A DNA stretch of 64,000 nt from a virus. Taxonomy: Duplodnaviria > Caudoviricetes. The stretch spans positions 7,874 through 71,873 of IMG/VR virus record IMGVR_UViG_3300038393_002374. One strand, 5' to 3'. The position numbers were made by a program, and so were the translations under genes. Positions within the stretch are counted from its first letter, which is position 1; every line of letters begins with the position of its first letter. The notes under the pieces were generated by a model. The model made no database searches and had not been told where the DNA came from. It worked only from the letters and a program-made list of their open reading frames with translations. Of the stretch, positions 36,015-46,266 are shown piece by piece.

Positions 36015-36370
36015 AGACGCTCCTTCTGGACACCGCCGCCTGGGACCTCGTCCTCGACGCCAGCGGCAACATCGCCCTGGCCGCCGAGCCCTACGCCCAG
36101 GCCCAGGACGCCGCCTCAGCCATCCGCACCTTCCAGGGCGAATGCTACTACGACACCACCCTGGGCATCCCCTACTTCTCCCGCGTGCTCGGCAAGCTGC
36201 CCTCGGCCCAGTACCTCAAGGGCCAGTTCACCGCGGCGGCACGCACGGTCCCCGGCGTGGTCACGGCGCAGTGCTTCCTCCGGGCGCTGCAGAAGCGCCA
36301 GCTCGGCGGGCAGGTCCAGATCACCAACGACCAGGGCCAGTCCGCCGTGGTCAACGTCCCGGTGGGGTAG
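36011..36370 (+). CDS. Baseplate wedge (gp25-like)
   Basis: 'WDL.LD..GNIA...GECYYDTT.GIPY'. Confidence 0.75.
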   Translation: MKTLLLDTAAWDLVLDASGNIALAAEPYAQAQDAASAIRTFQGECYYDTTLGIPYFSRVLGKLPSAQYLKGQFTAAARTVPGVVTAQCFLRALQKRQLGGQVQITNDQGQSAVVNVPVG

Positions 36371-36373
36371 CGC

Positions 36374-37579
36374 ATGGCCCAGACCAACGTCCCCGCCCTC
36401 CAGTTCACCGCGGGCGGCATCATCGCGCCGACCGAGGCGGACATCCTCGCCGGCCGTCAGACCGACATCGATCAGGCCTTCGGCGGCGACGTCAATCCGG
36501 CGTTGACGACTCCGCAGGGCCAGATCGCCCAGAGCGACACCGCGATCATCGGCGACAAGAACGACCAGTTCCTGTTCCTGGCCAACAACTTCGATCCCGC
36601 CTACGCCTCCGGTCGCTTTCAGGACGCCATAGGCCGCATCTACTTCCTGGAGCGCCTGCCGCCCACGCCGACGACCGTTCCTCTCCTCTGCGTCGGTGCG
36701 CCCTCAACGGTGATTCCGGTCGGTGCGTTGGCCACGGACGGCGTCAACAAGTGGAGCTGCGTCCAGGCCGGGACGATCCCCTCCGGCGGCTCCATCACCC
36801 TGCAGTTCGCCTGCACCACCAATGGGCCGATCCCGTGTCCGGCGAACTCGGTCAACCAGATTTTCCAGACCATTCCCGGCTGGGACACAGTCAACAACCC
36901 CACGGCCGGGACCGAGGGGACCAACGTCGAGAGCCGCGCCGACTTCGAGCATCGTCGCCAGCTCTCCGTCGCCGGCAATTCCAGGAGCATGATCCAATCG
37001 GTGCAGGCCGCCGTCCTGGCGGTCCCCGGCGTGATCGACGCATACGGCTACTCCAACGAGACCGCCGCGCCGATCACCATCGGCTCGGTGACGATTCCGG
37101 CCAACTCGATCTTCGTCTGCGTCTCCGGTGGCGATCCCCTCGCCGTGGCCACGGCCATCTGGACCAAGAAGATGCCCGGCTGCCCGATGAGCGGCGGGAC
37201 GACCGAGACGGTCTACGACACGAACGGCTACAGTCCGCCGTACCCGGCCTACACGATCACCTTCCAGACCGCTGCCAGCCTGCCGATCAAGTTCGCGGTC
37301 TCGATCACCAATTCGGCGCAGGTCCCGGCGAATGCCACGGCGCTCGTGCAGGCCGCCGTCCAGGCGGCGTTCAGTGGTTCTGACGGCGGCTCGCGGGCCC
37401 GCATCGGGGCCACCCTCTACGCCTCCCGCTTCTATGCCGGCGTGGCGCTCCTGGGTTCCTGGGCGCAGCTCATCTCGATCAAGGTGGGCACGGTCACGGC
37501 CACGCTCGATGACGTGACGGTGGCCATCGATCACGTGCCCACCTTGCAGAACTCCGACATCACGGTGACCTTGGTATGA
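36374..37579 (+). CDS. Baseplate J-like protein
   Basis: 'TPQGQ', 'A.GRFQDAIGRIYF', 'ESRADFE.RR'. Confidence 0.85.
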   Translation: MAQTNVPALQFTAGGIIAPTEADILAGRQTDIDQAFGGDVNPALTTPQGQIAQSDTAIIGDKNDQFLFLANNFDPAYASGRFQDAIGRIYFLERLPPTPTTVPLLCVGAPSTVIPVGALATDGVNKWSCVQAGTIPSGGSITLQFACTTNGPIPCPANSVNQIFQTIPGWDTVNNPTAGTEGTNVESRADFEHRRQLSVAGNSRSMIQSVQAAVLAVPGVIDAYGYSNETAAPITIGSVTIPANSIFVCVSGGDPLAVATAIWTKKMPGCPMSGGTTETVYDTNGYSPPYPAYTITFQTAASLPIKFAVSITNSAQVPANATALVQAAVQAAFSGSDGGSRARIGATLYASRFYAGVALLGSWAQLISIKVGTVTATLDDVTVAIDHVPTLQNSDITVTLV

Positions 37580-38088
37580 GACCCCACCTGATCTTCGCCA
37601 CGGCGATCCTGCTCGGCGTGGTGTTCTGCGCCACGGAGGGAGACGCCCAGTCGAGTCCCGGCTTCTACAATGGGCAGGTCCCGACCGCGGGGCAGTGGAA
37701 CGCCGCCTTCGCCGGCAAGCAGGACTACAATCCGAATTTCTTCGCGACGGCCTACACCTGGACGGCGCCGCAGACCTGGAGCGCACAGGCGATCTTCAAT
37801 GGCCACGTGTCATTCGGGGCGGTGAATTCTCCGGCGGTGTCCGCCTGCGGGACATCGCCGAGCATCGTCGGCTCCGACAATGCGGGCGAGGTGACCACTG
37901 GGACGGGCTCGCCGACGAGCTGCACGATCACCTTCGCCACCGCCTACGCCGTGCAGCCCGTCTGCATCGTGCGCGACCGCACCGCGACGACCACCATCAA
38001 CAGCTACACGATCAGCACCACGGCGCTGGTGGTGACCACGAGCGCCGCCAGCAGCCAGAAGCTGGACTACATCTGCGTCGGGGCCTGA
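37576..38088 (+). CDS. Tail-associated protein with signal-peptide-like N-terminus
   Basis: MRPHLIFATAILLGVVFCATEGDA. Confidence 0.65.
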   Translation: MRPHLIFATAILLGVVFCATEGDAQSSPGFYNGQVPTAGQWNAAFAGKQDYNPNFFATAYTWTAPQTWSAQAIFNGHVSFGAVNSPAVSACGTSPSIVGSDNAGEVTTGTGSPTSCTITFATAYAVQPVCIVRDRTATTTINSYTISTTALVVTTSAASSQKLDYICVGA

Positions 38089-38092
38089 ATCG

Positions 38093-38701
38093 ATGCCCGG
38101 CATCGGCTCCTTCGTCGTCGGCCAGAGCGCGCTGGGGTCCGACCCCTTCGACTGGCGACAGACGATCCTCAGCCAGTACGCCAACAGCCCGACGATCCTG
38201 GCGCTGATCGAGACCTTCGACGAGTGCATCGATCCGACCACCGACATCGACAACTTCTTCGACACGGTCTTCAACGTCGACACCGCGGTGGGCTTCGGCT
38301 TGGACATCTGGGGGCGCATCGTCGGCGTCGGCCGCGTGTTCCCGATCTCCAACACCATCTACTTCGGCTTCGAGGGCACGGACAACGTCGGCTGGAACCA
38401 GGGCGTCTGGTGGGATGGCGTTGCCGGAACCACCAATTTCGCCCTGGCCGATGCCCCCTATCGCCGCCTGATCCTGGCCAAGGCCATGAGCAACATCACG
38501 GACGGTTCGATCCCATCGATCAACGCCATCCTGAGACAGCTCTTCTCCGGACGCGGCAACGCCTACGTCCAGGACAACGCCAACATGACCATGACCTACA
38601 CGTTCGATTTCGTCCTCGATCCGGTGGACCGCACCATCGTGGTGAACTCGGGCGTGCTCCCGCACCCCACGGGTGTGACCGTCAACGTGGTGTCCGCCTG
38701 A
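38093..38701 (+). CDS. DUF2612 baseplate protein
   Basis: 'SQYANSP', 'GFGLDIWGRIVGV.R', 'KAMSNI'. Confidence 0.85.
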   Translation: MPGIGSFVVGQSALGSDPFDWRQTILSQYANSPTILALIETFDECIDPTTDIDNFFDTVFNVDTAVGFGLDIWGRIVGVGRVFPISNTIYFGFEGTDNVGWNQGVWWDGVAGTTNFALADAPYRRLILAKAMSNITDGSIPSINAILRQLFSGRGNAYVQDNANMTMTYTFDFVLDPVDRTIVVNSGVLPHPTGVTVNVVSA

Positions 38702-40257
38702 TGCAAGACACGGATGTCCCCGCCAAGTTCAACATCCCCTGGGGGAATTCGGCCGGACCCTCCTATATCCGGGTCGTCCCGCAGGCCTCGCAGATCGGCG
38801 TGCAGGCCGGCGCCGCCAGCCTCACGGACGGCTACCCGCCGCTGACCTTCACGCCGGAGGCCTCCGGCGGTGTCCCTCCCTTCGGCCAGGACACCAACGG
38901 CATCCTCAACCAGATCACAGCGTGGTTGCGGTGGCTGGCCGGCGGCGGCGATCCGCCGGTCTACGATTCCACCTTCCAGTCGGCCATCGGCGGCTACCGC
39001 AAGGGGGCCGTGGTCAGTTCGGCCACCACCTTCGGCCACTACTGGATGTCGCTGGTCGACAACAACACCTCCAATCCGGATACCGGCGGCGCCAACTGGG
39101 CCGCCTGGGGGCCGGGCGCGACGGAATACGTGGTCGACACCGGCGCCGCCAACGCGCTCGTGGTGACGCCGCAGACGGCGCTGACGGCCTACGTCAACGG
39201 CGTGGAGTTCCTGGTTGATCCCGCCCACGCCAACACCGGTGCTGCGACCATCAACGTCTCCGGTCTCGGAGCCGTTCCCATCGTCCATGTGGACGGCACG
39301 GCGCTGATCGCGGGCGAAATCCAGGTCAACCAGCTCGTTCGGGTGGCCTACTTCGGCAGCTCCTTCCAATACCTGAACGCGCCCTACGCGCTGACGCAGT
39401 CGCCGCTGAACAATTCCACGAAGCCGGCCTCGACGGCCTACGTGGACGCCGCGGTCACGTCGCAGGACAACTTCGCCGGTAACCTCGTCGGCCTGATCAC
39501 GTCCAATACGCCGAGCTTCACGACGACGCGGATCACGGTCGCGACGGGCATGTGCCGCGACAGCACCAACGCGATCAACTTGTCGCTGGCCGCGCCGATC
39601 AGCAAGAGCATCACGGCGGCGTGGTCGGCCGGGACCGGCAATGGTGGCCGCGACAGCGCCTGGGCGTCGCTCTCGAATGGCCAGACGGGCTACACCTTCC
39701 TGATCTTCAATCCGACCACGGTCGCCTACGACGTCCTCTTCAGCCAGTCGCCGACGTCGCCGAGCCTGCCCGCCGGATACACCTACTTCCGACGCGTGAA
39801 CTCCTTCCTCCTGGAGTCCGCATCGACCAACCTCAAGCAGTTCATCCAGGTCGGGGACTGGTTCGAATTCGTGGTCCGCAGCACGGACTACGCCAACACC
39901 AGCAATGGCGGCCTCGTCAGCTACCTGCGCTCGATCAGCGTCCCCATCGGGGTGAAGTGCAAGGCCAAGATTTACTTCCAGTCGAACGGGACCATCGACA
40001 ACAACCCCTACCTCTCGGGCGTCTACGATCCGGACCTCGGCACGCCGCCGGCCTTCGGGGTGGGCACGCAGTGGGCGCAGGTTCGGCGCACCGCGGCCAG
40101 CACGCCGGGCGGCACGCAGTACGCCTACGGCACGGTTGTGCTGGAGCAGTGGACCGACAACAGCGGACACATCTACACCGCCAGTAGCGACACCGCCGAC
40201 GTCATCGCGCTCGGCGTCCTGGCCTACCAGGACATCACCCTCAACCGGTACTTCTGA
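38701..40257 (+). CDS. Tail fibre protein
   Basis: 'GVPPFGQDTNGILN', 'IGGY.KGA', 'ANTGAATIN'. Confidence 0.8.
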   Translation: MQDTDVPAKFNIPWGNSAGPSYIRVVPQASQIGVQAGAASLTDGYPPLTFTPEASGGVPPFGQDTNGILNQITAWLRWLAGGGDPPVYDSTFQSAIGGYRKGAVVSSATTFGHYWMSLVDNNTSNPDTGGANWAAWGPGATEYVVDTGAANALVVTPQTALTAYVNGVEFLVDPAHANTGAATINVSGLGAVPIVHVDGTALIAGEIQVNQLVRVAYFGSSFQYLNAPYALTQSPLNNSTKPASTAYVDAAVTSQDNFAGNLVGLITSNTPSFTTTRITVATGMCRDSTNAINLSLAAPISKSITAAWSAGTGNGGRDSAWASLSNGQTGYTFLIFNPTTVAYDVLFSQSPTSPSLPAGYTYFRRVNSFLLESASTNLKQFIQVGDWFEFVVRSTDYANTSNGGLVSYLRSISVPIGVKCKAKIYFQSNGTIDNNPYLSGVYDPDLGTPPAFGVGTQWAQVRRTAASTPGGTQYAYGTVVLEQWTDNSGHIYTASSDTADVIALGVLAYQDITLNRYF

Positions 40258-41441
40258 TGGCGCTCGTTCGGCCGCCCATGGCGTGGGCCATGACCGGATC
40301 GTCGCTGACGACCGGCAGGCTCTCCACGGACTGGGTCCCGACCCTCACCTATCAGGCGCAGACCTTCCCGGAGTGCAAGGGGCCGGTCTTCGTCTACAAC
40401 ATGGGCCACGGGAGCTGGACCAGCCTGGACATCCTGGCCAACATCCCGGAGCTGACCGCGGCCAATCCCACCCACGTTTTCCTGGAGACCGGAAGCATCA
40501 ACGATTGCGTGGACTTCGGGAGCGGCCCGGCCGTCAGCCTCTCGACGCACAACGTCAATGTCACGTCGATGGTCTCGCAGCTCCGTGCGCGGAATTCCGG
40601 CGTCGTGATCGTCATCGTGACGATGAGCAGTGTGTCGAGCTACCAGACGGCGCGCACGACGCTGCCCAACTACTACTCCGCCGACGTCTCCCTGGCCGGC
40701 AGCCTGGGTTGCCTGCTGCTCGACAACTACACCGGCACGGTCACCGTGCCCGGCGGTTGGCCAAAGCCCCTGAACGGCATGTTGACCAACGGCAGCCTGC
40801 CGCAGCAGTACCCCACCCCCACCGGGTTCACGCTGTGGTCGCCGACGCCGCAGTTCGACCCGGCCGCCCTGGGTCCGGGTCTGGTGCTGGGCAACGCCAA
40901 TCAGGTCCTGACCAGCACGGCTCCGCTTTTCTCGTCTTCCACCGGTCGGGGCGTGCTGGCGCAGAGCACCGGCAAGCTCTACCAGGAGTTCATGACCACG
41001 GCCACGGTCAATAAGGGCTACTTCTTTGGCGTCTGCACGGCGGCGGCGACCCTGAGTGACTACCTGGGCAGCGACAACTTCGGCTACGGCTACGACGGCT
41101 TCGACGGCAGCGTGCAGCACGGTGGTACAGCCGTCGCCAGTTACAGCGCGTATCTGCCCGGCGACCTGATCGGGGCCGCGGTGGACTTCGGCCTGGGCAA
41201 GCTCTGGTTCGCCAAGAACGGTGTGTGGCAGGGCTTCGGCAATCCGGCCACGGGCAGCGGCGGCGTCACCCTCTCACCGGGGACCTACTATCTCGCCGCG
41301 ACGCTCATGGTTGGCGACAACGTGGAGATGTTTCCGCTCCTTGGTGACGGGCTGCACCCGGTGGCCAGCGCCGTGAACACCTACTTCTATCCGAACATCG
41401 TCGTCCTGATGCGTCAGCTCATGGCCACGTTCTGGCCCTAA
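40257..41441 (+). CDS. SGNH/GDSL esterase with inserted SPRY domain
   Basis: GSSLT, GHGS, GSIND, DGLHP blocks; SPRY 'GKLYQEF...GDLIGAAVD..GKLWFAKNG'. Confidence 0.7.
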   Translation: MALVRPPMAWAMTGSSLTTGRLSTDWVPTLTYQAQTFPECKGPVFVYNMGHGSWTSLDILANIPELTAANPTHVFLETGSINDCVDFGSGPAVSLSTHNVNVTSMVSQLRARNSGVVIVIVTMSSVSSYQTARTTLPNYYSADVSLAGSLGCLLLDNYTGTVTVPGGWPKPLNGMLTNGSLPQQYPTPTGFTLWSPTPQFDPAALGPGLVLGNANQVLTSTAPLFSSSTGRGVLAQSTGKLYQEFMTTATVNKGYFFGVCTAAATLSDYLGSDNFGYGYDGFDGSVQHGGTAVASYSAYLPGDLIGAAVDFGLGKLWFAKNGVWQGFGNPATGSGGVTLSPGTYYLAATLMVGDNVEMFPLLGDGLHPVASAVNTYFYPNIVVLMRQLMATFWP

Positions 41442-41458
41442 GCCCCAGAGGAATTCCC

Positions 41459-42307
41459 ATGCTCCTGAAGTCCTGGGGCGCCGCCCTGGCGCTCTCCCTC
41501 GCGTTCATGTCCGGAGTCGTGCAGGCCCAGGTCGTGCTGCCCGGCGGCGTGACGACTCCCGGCGGCCAGCCGGTGGGCGTCGTGCCCATGGCCATCATCA
41601 ATCCCAACGACGGCGCGACCTGCATCGTCGGCAACACCGGATGTCCGAGCATCGGGGGCGGGACCGGCGGCACGGTGACCGTGACCAACGCCTTCAACCT
41701 TGAAGCAACGCAATCGGCGGTTAAGAGTGATCTGGACTTGATCGTGGGCGGCCTGGGCAATCCGTTGCCGGTGGCCGGCGCCAATGGCTCCACGGTTTCG
41801 TCGGCATCGAACCCCTTCAACGTGCAAGGCGGCGCGGCGTCAGGAACTGCTGATAATGATGCGCCACTGAACGGTGGCGGCCGGGCGGCGACCACGCTGC
41901 CCACGGCAGTGACGGACGGGCAGAAGGTGGCTCTGATGCTGTCCAAGGATGGCAAGTTGGTCAACACACCCTACGCGCCCGAGGAACTTGCCGTGCGCGG
42001 CACGGCGACGACGACTGGCAGTAGCCCCGTCACGCTCATTGCCGCGCAAGGAGCGGGCGTGAGCATAAAGGTGGCCGCGGTGCAGTGCTTCCGCACCGAC
42101 AATGCGACGACCGAGGTCCATGTGACCCTTAACGACACTGAGACCACCGGCAGTGGCACGCAGGTTCCTGTGGTCCCCACCACTTCAGGCGCGGCATTCG
42201 TCCTGCCTGTGCCGCTCATCGTGGCTGCCAACACGGCATTGACCTTCACGCCCAGTGCATCGATCACTTCGATAACCTGCAACGCCCAGGGCTTCCAGGC
42301 TCATTAG
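41459..42307 (+). CDS. Signal-peptide-bearing beta-rich protein
   Basis: MLLKSWGAALALSLAFMSGVVQA|Q. Confidence 0.7.
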   Translation: MLLKSWGAALALSLAFMSGVVQAQVVLPGGVTTPGGQPVGVVPMAIINPNDGATCIVGNTGCPSIGGGTGGTVTVTNAFNLEATQSAVKSDLDLIVGGLGNPLPVAGANGSTVSSASNPFNVQGGAASGTADNDAPLNGGGRAATTLPTAVTDGQKVALMLSKDGKLVNTPYAPEELAVRGTATTTGSSPVTLIAAQGAGVSIKVAAVQCFRTDNATTEVHVTLNDTETTGSGTQVPVVPTTSGAAFVLPVPLIVAANTALTFTPSASITSITCNAQGFQAH

Positions 42308-42310
42308 GTC

Positions 42311-43147
42311 ATGCGTAAAATTCTCTTTTGTGGCGCGCTGGGACTGGGACTTGTGGTCGCCTCGGGAGCCGAGGCGATCATCGGGACGCCGTCGAACCTC
42401 GTCACCCCGACGACGCTGCCAAACGGCTACGACAACGGAGTCGCCACCAACATCATCACGCTTGGGCCCGACGTGCCCGTGGGGTCGTTGGTCGTCGTGG
42501 CCACCGCCATCGCGGGCACCACCACGATTACAAGCGTTAATGACCAGCGGTCGACTGTCAACACCAATAACTGCGGCGGGGCATACGCTGTTGGTGACAG
42601 TGCCCAGCTTACGAATCATCGGGCCGCGATCTATTATTGCAATGGCACGACGACTGATCTGCTGAATGATAACAACAGCACGATAAAGACGACCTTCAAC
42701 AGCGGCACCGGCAAGGGCGCCATGATGGCTGTCTCCATCACGGGGGTCACAGGTGGCGACCCCAGGGACGTTACCGGTCATGGGGCAATTGCTAGCGGCA
42801 CAGGCTACACGGTCACAATCACACCGACCGCGGCATCAGTGGCCAGTCCCGAAATGCTGTTCATCTGTTCCTGGATGGTCAATGGCAGCACTAGTGACAA
42901 CTGGCAGGAGGACACGACTCATCTCTGGAGCCCGTCGTCGCAGACCAATTGGCAGACCGGTTCTAGCACCAACATCCTCCTGCATTGCGCCTATCAGACA
43001 GTGACGTCAAACTCCGCCGTGATTTACAGTCCAACCTGGACGAACGCACGGGCAGGCAGCTACGTATTCATAAGCCTCAAGGCGGCGGGCGCCGCAGCAC
43101 CCCAGGTATCGCATGGGCTGCTTACCGGACTGGGAGTTGGCAAGTGA
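42311..43147 (+). CDS. Signal-peptide-bearing beta-rich protein
   Basis: MRKILFCGALGLGLVVASGAEA|I. Confidence 0.7.
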   Translation: MRKILFCGALGLGLVVASGAEAIIGTPSNLVTPTTLPNGYDNGVATNIITLGPDVPVGSLVVVATAIAGTTTITSVNDQRSTVNTNNCGGAYAVGDSAQLTNHRAAIYYCNGTTTDLLNDNNSTIKTTFNSGTGKGAMMAVSITGVTGGDPRDVTGHGAIASGTGYTVTITPTAASVASPEMLFICSWMVNGSTSDNWQEDTTHLWSPSSQTNWQTGSSTNILLHCAYQTVTSNSAVIYSPTWTNARAGSYVFISLKAAGAAAPQVSHGLLTGLGVGK

Positions 43148-45417
43148 GCAGGTGCTTTCTTTTGATATCTGCCGCCACCGTGGCGTTCCTGGCGCCGCCC
43201 TCGTTGGCGTGCGCCGCGGTCCACCGCATTCCGATCTACATACCACCGGCTGGGAATTTCCCGCTGACGCAGACCGTGCCGTTTGGGGCTAAGACTCTGA
43301 CGGAAGCCGGCGCGAGCCCGTTGGGCTACAAGCAGCCCGACCTCCTGGGTTCCTTGCGTTACATCGCCATAACGACCATCACCGACAAGAACGGTAGCGT
43401 CATCTGCGGGTCGGTCTCAGCTTGCACAACGTCTCCCAACTCCAGCGTCCACTGGAAGATCGACGATCGAAACATGCTCGCCCCGCGCAACGGGGCAAAC
43501 ACCTATGGACAGGCGTGGGTGGCCGCCGCCACCATGCTGAACGAATGCGGCGCACCAGGAGACCCGGACAATTGTCATATCTTCGTGGCCGATTACACGG
43601 ACAGCGGTCACACGATTCCAGCCGGCGGCACGTCCAATGTCAAAGTGCCCATTCTCGCCAATACCTACACCGTGCGCGAGATGACGCTGCTAAATCGTGG
43701 CTGCGCCATCAATTGTGAGATCAACACATCCAAGGCGGATGCTGGCGCAACAGGCACGACGACTGAGCAATGGCAGGTCGGACAGATACTGCGCAATAGT
43801 CCGGCTCCAGCGACGCCGCCGTGTCTAGGCGATACGATCATCTGGCGCGACGCGGGTAACAATGTTGTCAATCCGACATTGTTCAACCCGACGAACCTGC
43901 GTTTCGATATCAAACCTCCCGCGGCTGGATGGTCTGCGTGTGGGGGCAGCGGTACATCGATCACGATGATCGCGGAGAATCCGTCTAACCATGTGACACT
44001 CGACAGCTACGGCAACCCTGAACTGAAGAGCGGATTCCGCTTTGGCGGCGGCATCACTACCAATAATGGCAACATCGGTTCTGGCGCCATTCCGCTCGAC
44101 ATCTGGGACGTCTACTGCATCATCGATCAAACGGTCACATCCACTAAATACTGCGTAGCTCCCAGCACAACTACAGCGACGGGCGGTGGAGTGAATCTGC
44201 ATTACGCGCGCGGCGAGGTGATAAACAAGAATCTTTCCGGACCCGAAATCTTCTTCATGTACGCCTACGGGCCGGGCACTGTGGACCACAACTACGCCAT
44301 CGGTACTGGCATCACCTTCCGCTGGTCCAATGGCGGTCTGACGGCTTTCCGAAATGTGGCGCGGAACCTGGAAGACGACTTCTTCTCGCTTACGAACGGC
44401 AACTACGACATCGAGCAGAACTTCTTCTTCAACCCGTCACCACGCGCTGGAAACCACATCGATTTCATGCAGAGCCTGGGCGCGGACAGCACCCACGCAG
44501 GGGTGAATTTCGGGACCATGAAGGAAAACTTCATGGTCATGAATGACACTTCCAGCCTGGGCGGTGTCCCTGACACCGTGCAGTGCTACTTCGAGGCCAA
44601 TCCGACATCGGGATTCACATTCCCTATGACCGGAGCGGACATCGAGCGTAACGGCTGCTTCTCATTCAATCAGCAGGGCGTGGCATTCTCCTACTGGGAC
44701 AACGCCACTATCCACTTCAACGCCACGTTGACGTCCCCCAATACGACGATCCCCGGCTATACGATCAACGCCGAGAAGATGTACCTACAGCTCGGGCAGG
44801 GCACACCAACCGCAACCTTCAATGGGACCACGACGGTAACCTTCACGGGCGTCAACCCTGGTACATTGGGCGTTGGCAACACCATCACCGGCAGCGGAAT
44901 AGCGGCCGGGACGCAGATCACCGGGGGCATCGTCCAGTGGAACGGTACGAGCGCCAGCGCCACTGTGAACATCGCCCAGACCGTCACTTCGACGGCCACC
45001 ATTGGTCAGTCTTCGCCTACGGGCAACCTAGCGGCGGATCACAACCTCGCCAACGGCTTCGACTTCACCAAGAATTCAGGCACGTTGACGACCAGCAACA
45101 ACGTGACGCTGGCTTACACCGGTAACGGCGCGACCGACGCCGCAGCCTACAGCGCGGTGTACCCGAACGTGATCAATGGTTGGGGTGCGAACCTGGGCAT
45201 CACAAACTACGCCGCAGCCATCGTGGCGTTCACGCCCTCGCAGGTGCTGAATCCATCCACGAACAAGGCCTACAATGCCGATGGAAGTTGGAATGGTCCG
45301 ATCATGCCGGGTACCAGCGGCGGCGGAGTGCAGCCCTGCAAGAATGACGGACGCACCAACTTCGATGTGACCAAGAGCTGCGCCGCGCAATCACCACCGG
45401 CCGCTGTCTTCCAGTGA
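43144..45417 (+). CDS. Large beta-helix-like (possible depolymerase/adhesin) protein with signal-like N-terminus
   Basis: GTGA overlap; Asn/Thr/Gly-rich, 'NHIDFMQ', many Cys; lower GC. Confidence 0.6.
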   Translation: MSRCFLLISAATVAFLAPPSLACAAVHRIPIYIPPAGNFPLTQTVPFGAKTLTEAGASPLGYKQPDLLGSLRYIAITTITDKNGSVICGSVSACTTSPNSSVHWKIDDRNMLAPRNGANTYGQAWVAAATMLNECGAPGDPDNCHIFVADYTDSGHTIPAGGTSNVKVPILANTYTVREMTLLNRGCAINCEINTSKADAGATGTTTEQWQVGQILRNSPAPATPPCLGDTIIWRDAGNNVVNPTLFNPTNLRFDIKPPAAGWSACGGSGTSITMIAENPSNHVTLDSYGNPELKSGFRFGGGITTNNGNIGSGAIPLDIWDVYCIIDQTVTSTKYCVAPSTTTATGGGVNLHYARGEVINKNLSGPEIFFMYAYGPGTVDHNYAIGTGITFRWSNGGLTAFRNVARNLEDDFFSLTNGNYDIEQNFFFNPSPRAGNHIDFMQSLGADSTHAGVNFGTMKENFMVMNDTSSLGGVPDTVQCYFEANPTSGFTFPMTGADIERNGCFSFNQQGVAFSYWDNATIHFNATLTSPNTTIPGYTINAEKMYLQLGQGTPTATFNGTTTVTFTGVNPGTLGVGNTITGSGIAAGTQITGGIVQWNGTSASATVNIAQTVTSTATIGQSSPTGNLAADHNLANGFDFTKNSGTLTTSNNVTLAYTGNGATDAAAYSAVYPNVINGWGANLGITNYAAAIVAFTPSQVLNPSTNKAYNADGSWNGPIMPGTSGGGVQPCKNDGRTNFDVTKSCAAQSPPAAVFQ

Positions 45418-45488
45418 AACGATCCGCAAAATCGTTCGGCGCGCTCTGATCCAGCATCTGTAATCGGGGGACGCCGTTGAACACCAAC

Positions 45489-45860
45489 ATGCCGAGCTTG
45501 GAGACGGTTGGCGGCTGGGTGGCCGTCATCCTCGGGTCCAGTGGCCTGGGGGCGGTGGTCAACCACTGGTCCCAGCGGCACAAGACCAAGGCCATGGAGC
45601 CGGCCGAGCTGATCCGCGCCATCGGCGAGGCCAGCGAGACCATGACCGGCGCCGGCTCCACGCTGATGAAGGCCTTCGTGGAGGAGTTCAAGTTCCTCCG
45701 CAAGCGCATCGACGAGCTGGAGGAGGACCTTCGGACCTCCAAGACCGGTCATCAGGAGTGCGAGGCGCAGCTACGCGTGGTGCGCCTTGAGATCGAGGAA
45801 CTGATGCGGGGCCGCGTCGCCGGCTATGGCGAGGCCGCCCCGAAGGGAGATGGAATATGA
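45489..45860 (+). CDS. Membrane protein with coiled coil (lysis module, holin/antiholin-like)
   Basis: N-terminal TM plus coiled coil, upstream of endolysin. Confidence 0.55.
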   Translation: MPSLETVGGWVAVILGSSGLGAVVNHWSQRHKTKAMEPAELIRAIGEASETMTGAGSTLMKAFVEEFKFLRKRIDELEEDLRTSKTGHQECEAQLRVVRLEIEELMRGRVAGYGEAAPKGDGI

Positions 45861-46171
45861 GCGAGGCCCCCACGCCGCCGGTCACGGCGGCCGACCCCCC
45901 CAAGCCCGACGCCTGGGGTCAACTGGTCACCGCCGTGGCCATCGTCCTGGCCCTCTGGACCATCGCCCTTGGGCTCGTGATCGTGATCGGCATCCTGCTT
46001 GTCAACAGCATCATGTCCAAGGACGCCGACATCACCAAGACCATGGCCGTGGTCGGACTGGTCACGGGGACCATCGGCACGGTGGTGGGCACGCTGGGTT
46101 CCGCCCTGCAGGCCCCCAGCGGCATCGGCAATGTGGTACGCGCCGTGACCGGCGGCGCGCCCAGGCCATAA
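45857..46171 (+). CDS. Putative holin (2 TM)
   Basis: Two hydrophobic helices, beside endolysin. Confidence 0.55.
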   Translation: MSEAPTPPVTAADPPKPDAWGQLVTAVAIVLALWTIALGLVIVIGILLVNSIMSKDADITKTMAVVGLVTGTIGTVVGTLGSALQAPSGIGNVVRAVTGGAPRP

Positions 46172-46266
46172 CCCGGCGGACGCGGCCAGGAGTGTCGCCG
46201 CGAAAACGGTTCCTGCGGGCCTCAGGCCGCCTCCGGGCCCGCAATCCCCTGTCCGTGCGAGGTCAC

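Noticed and set aside
16165-40170. Long minus-strand ORFs (16165-18240, 21760-23787, 27518-30439, 31099-32580, 38596-40170)
   Set aside because: Antisense shadows of high-GC3 structural genes with no motifs
38701-45417. Diversity-generating retroelement or invertible tail-fibre cassette
   Set aside because: No reverse transcriptase, invertase or TR/VR repeat pair seen
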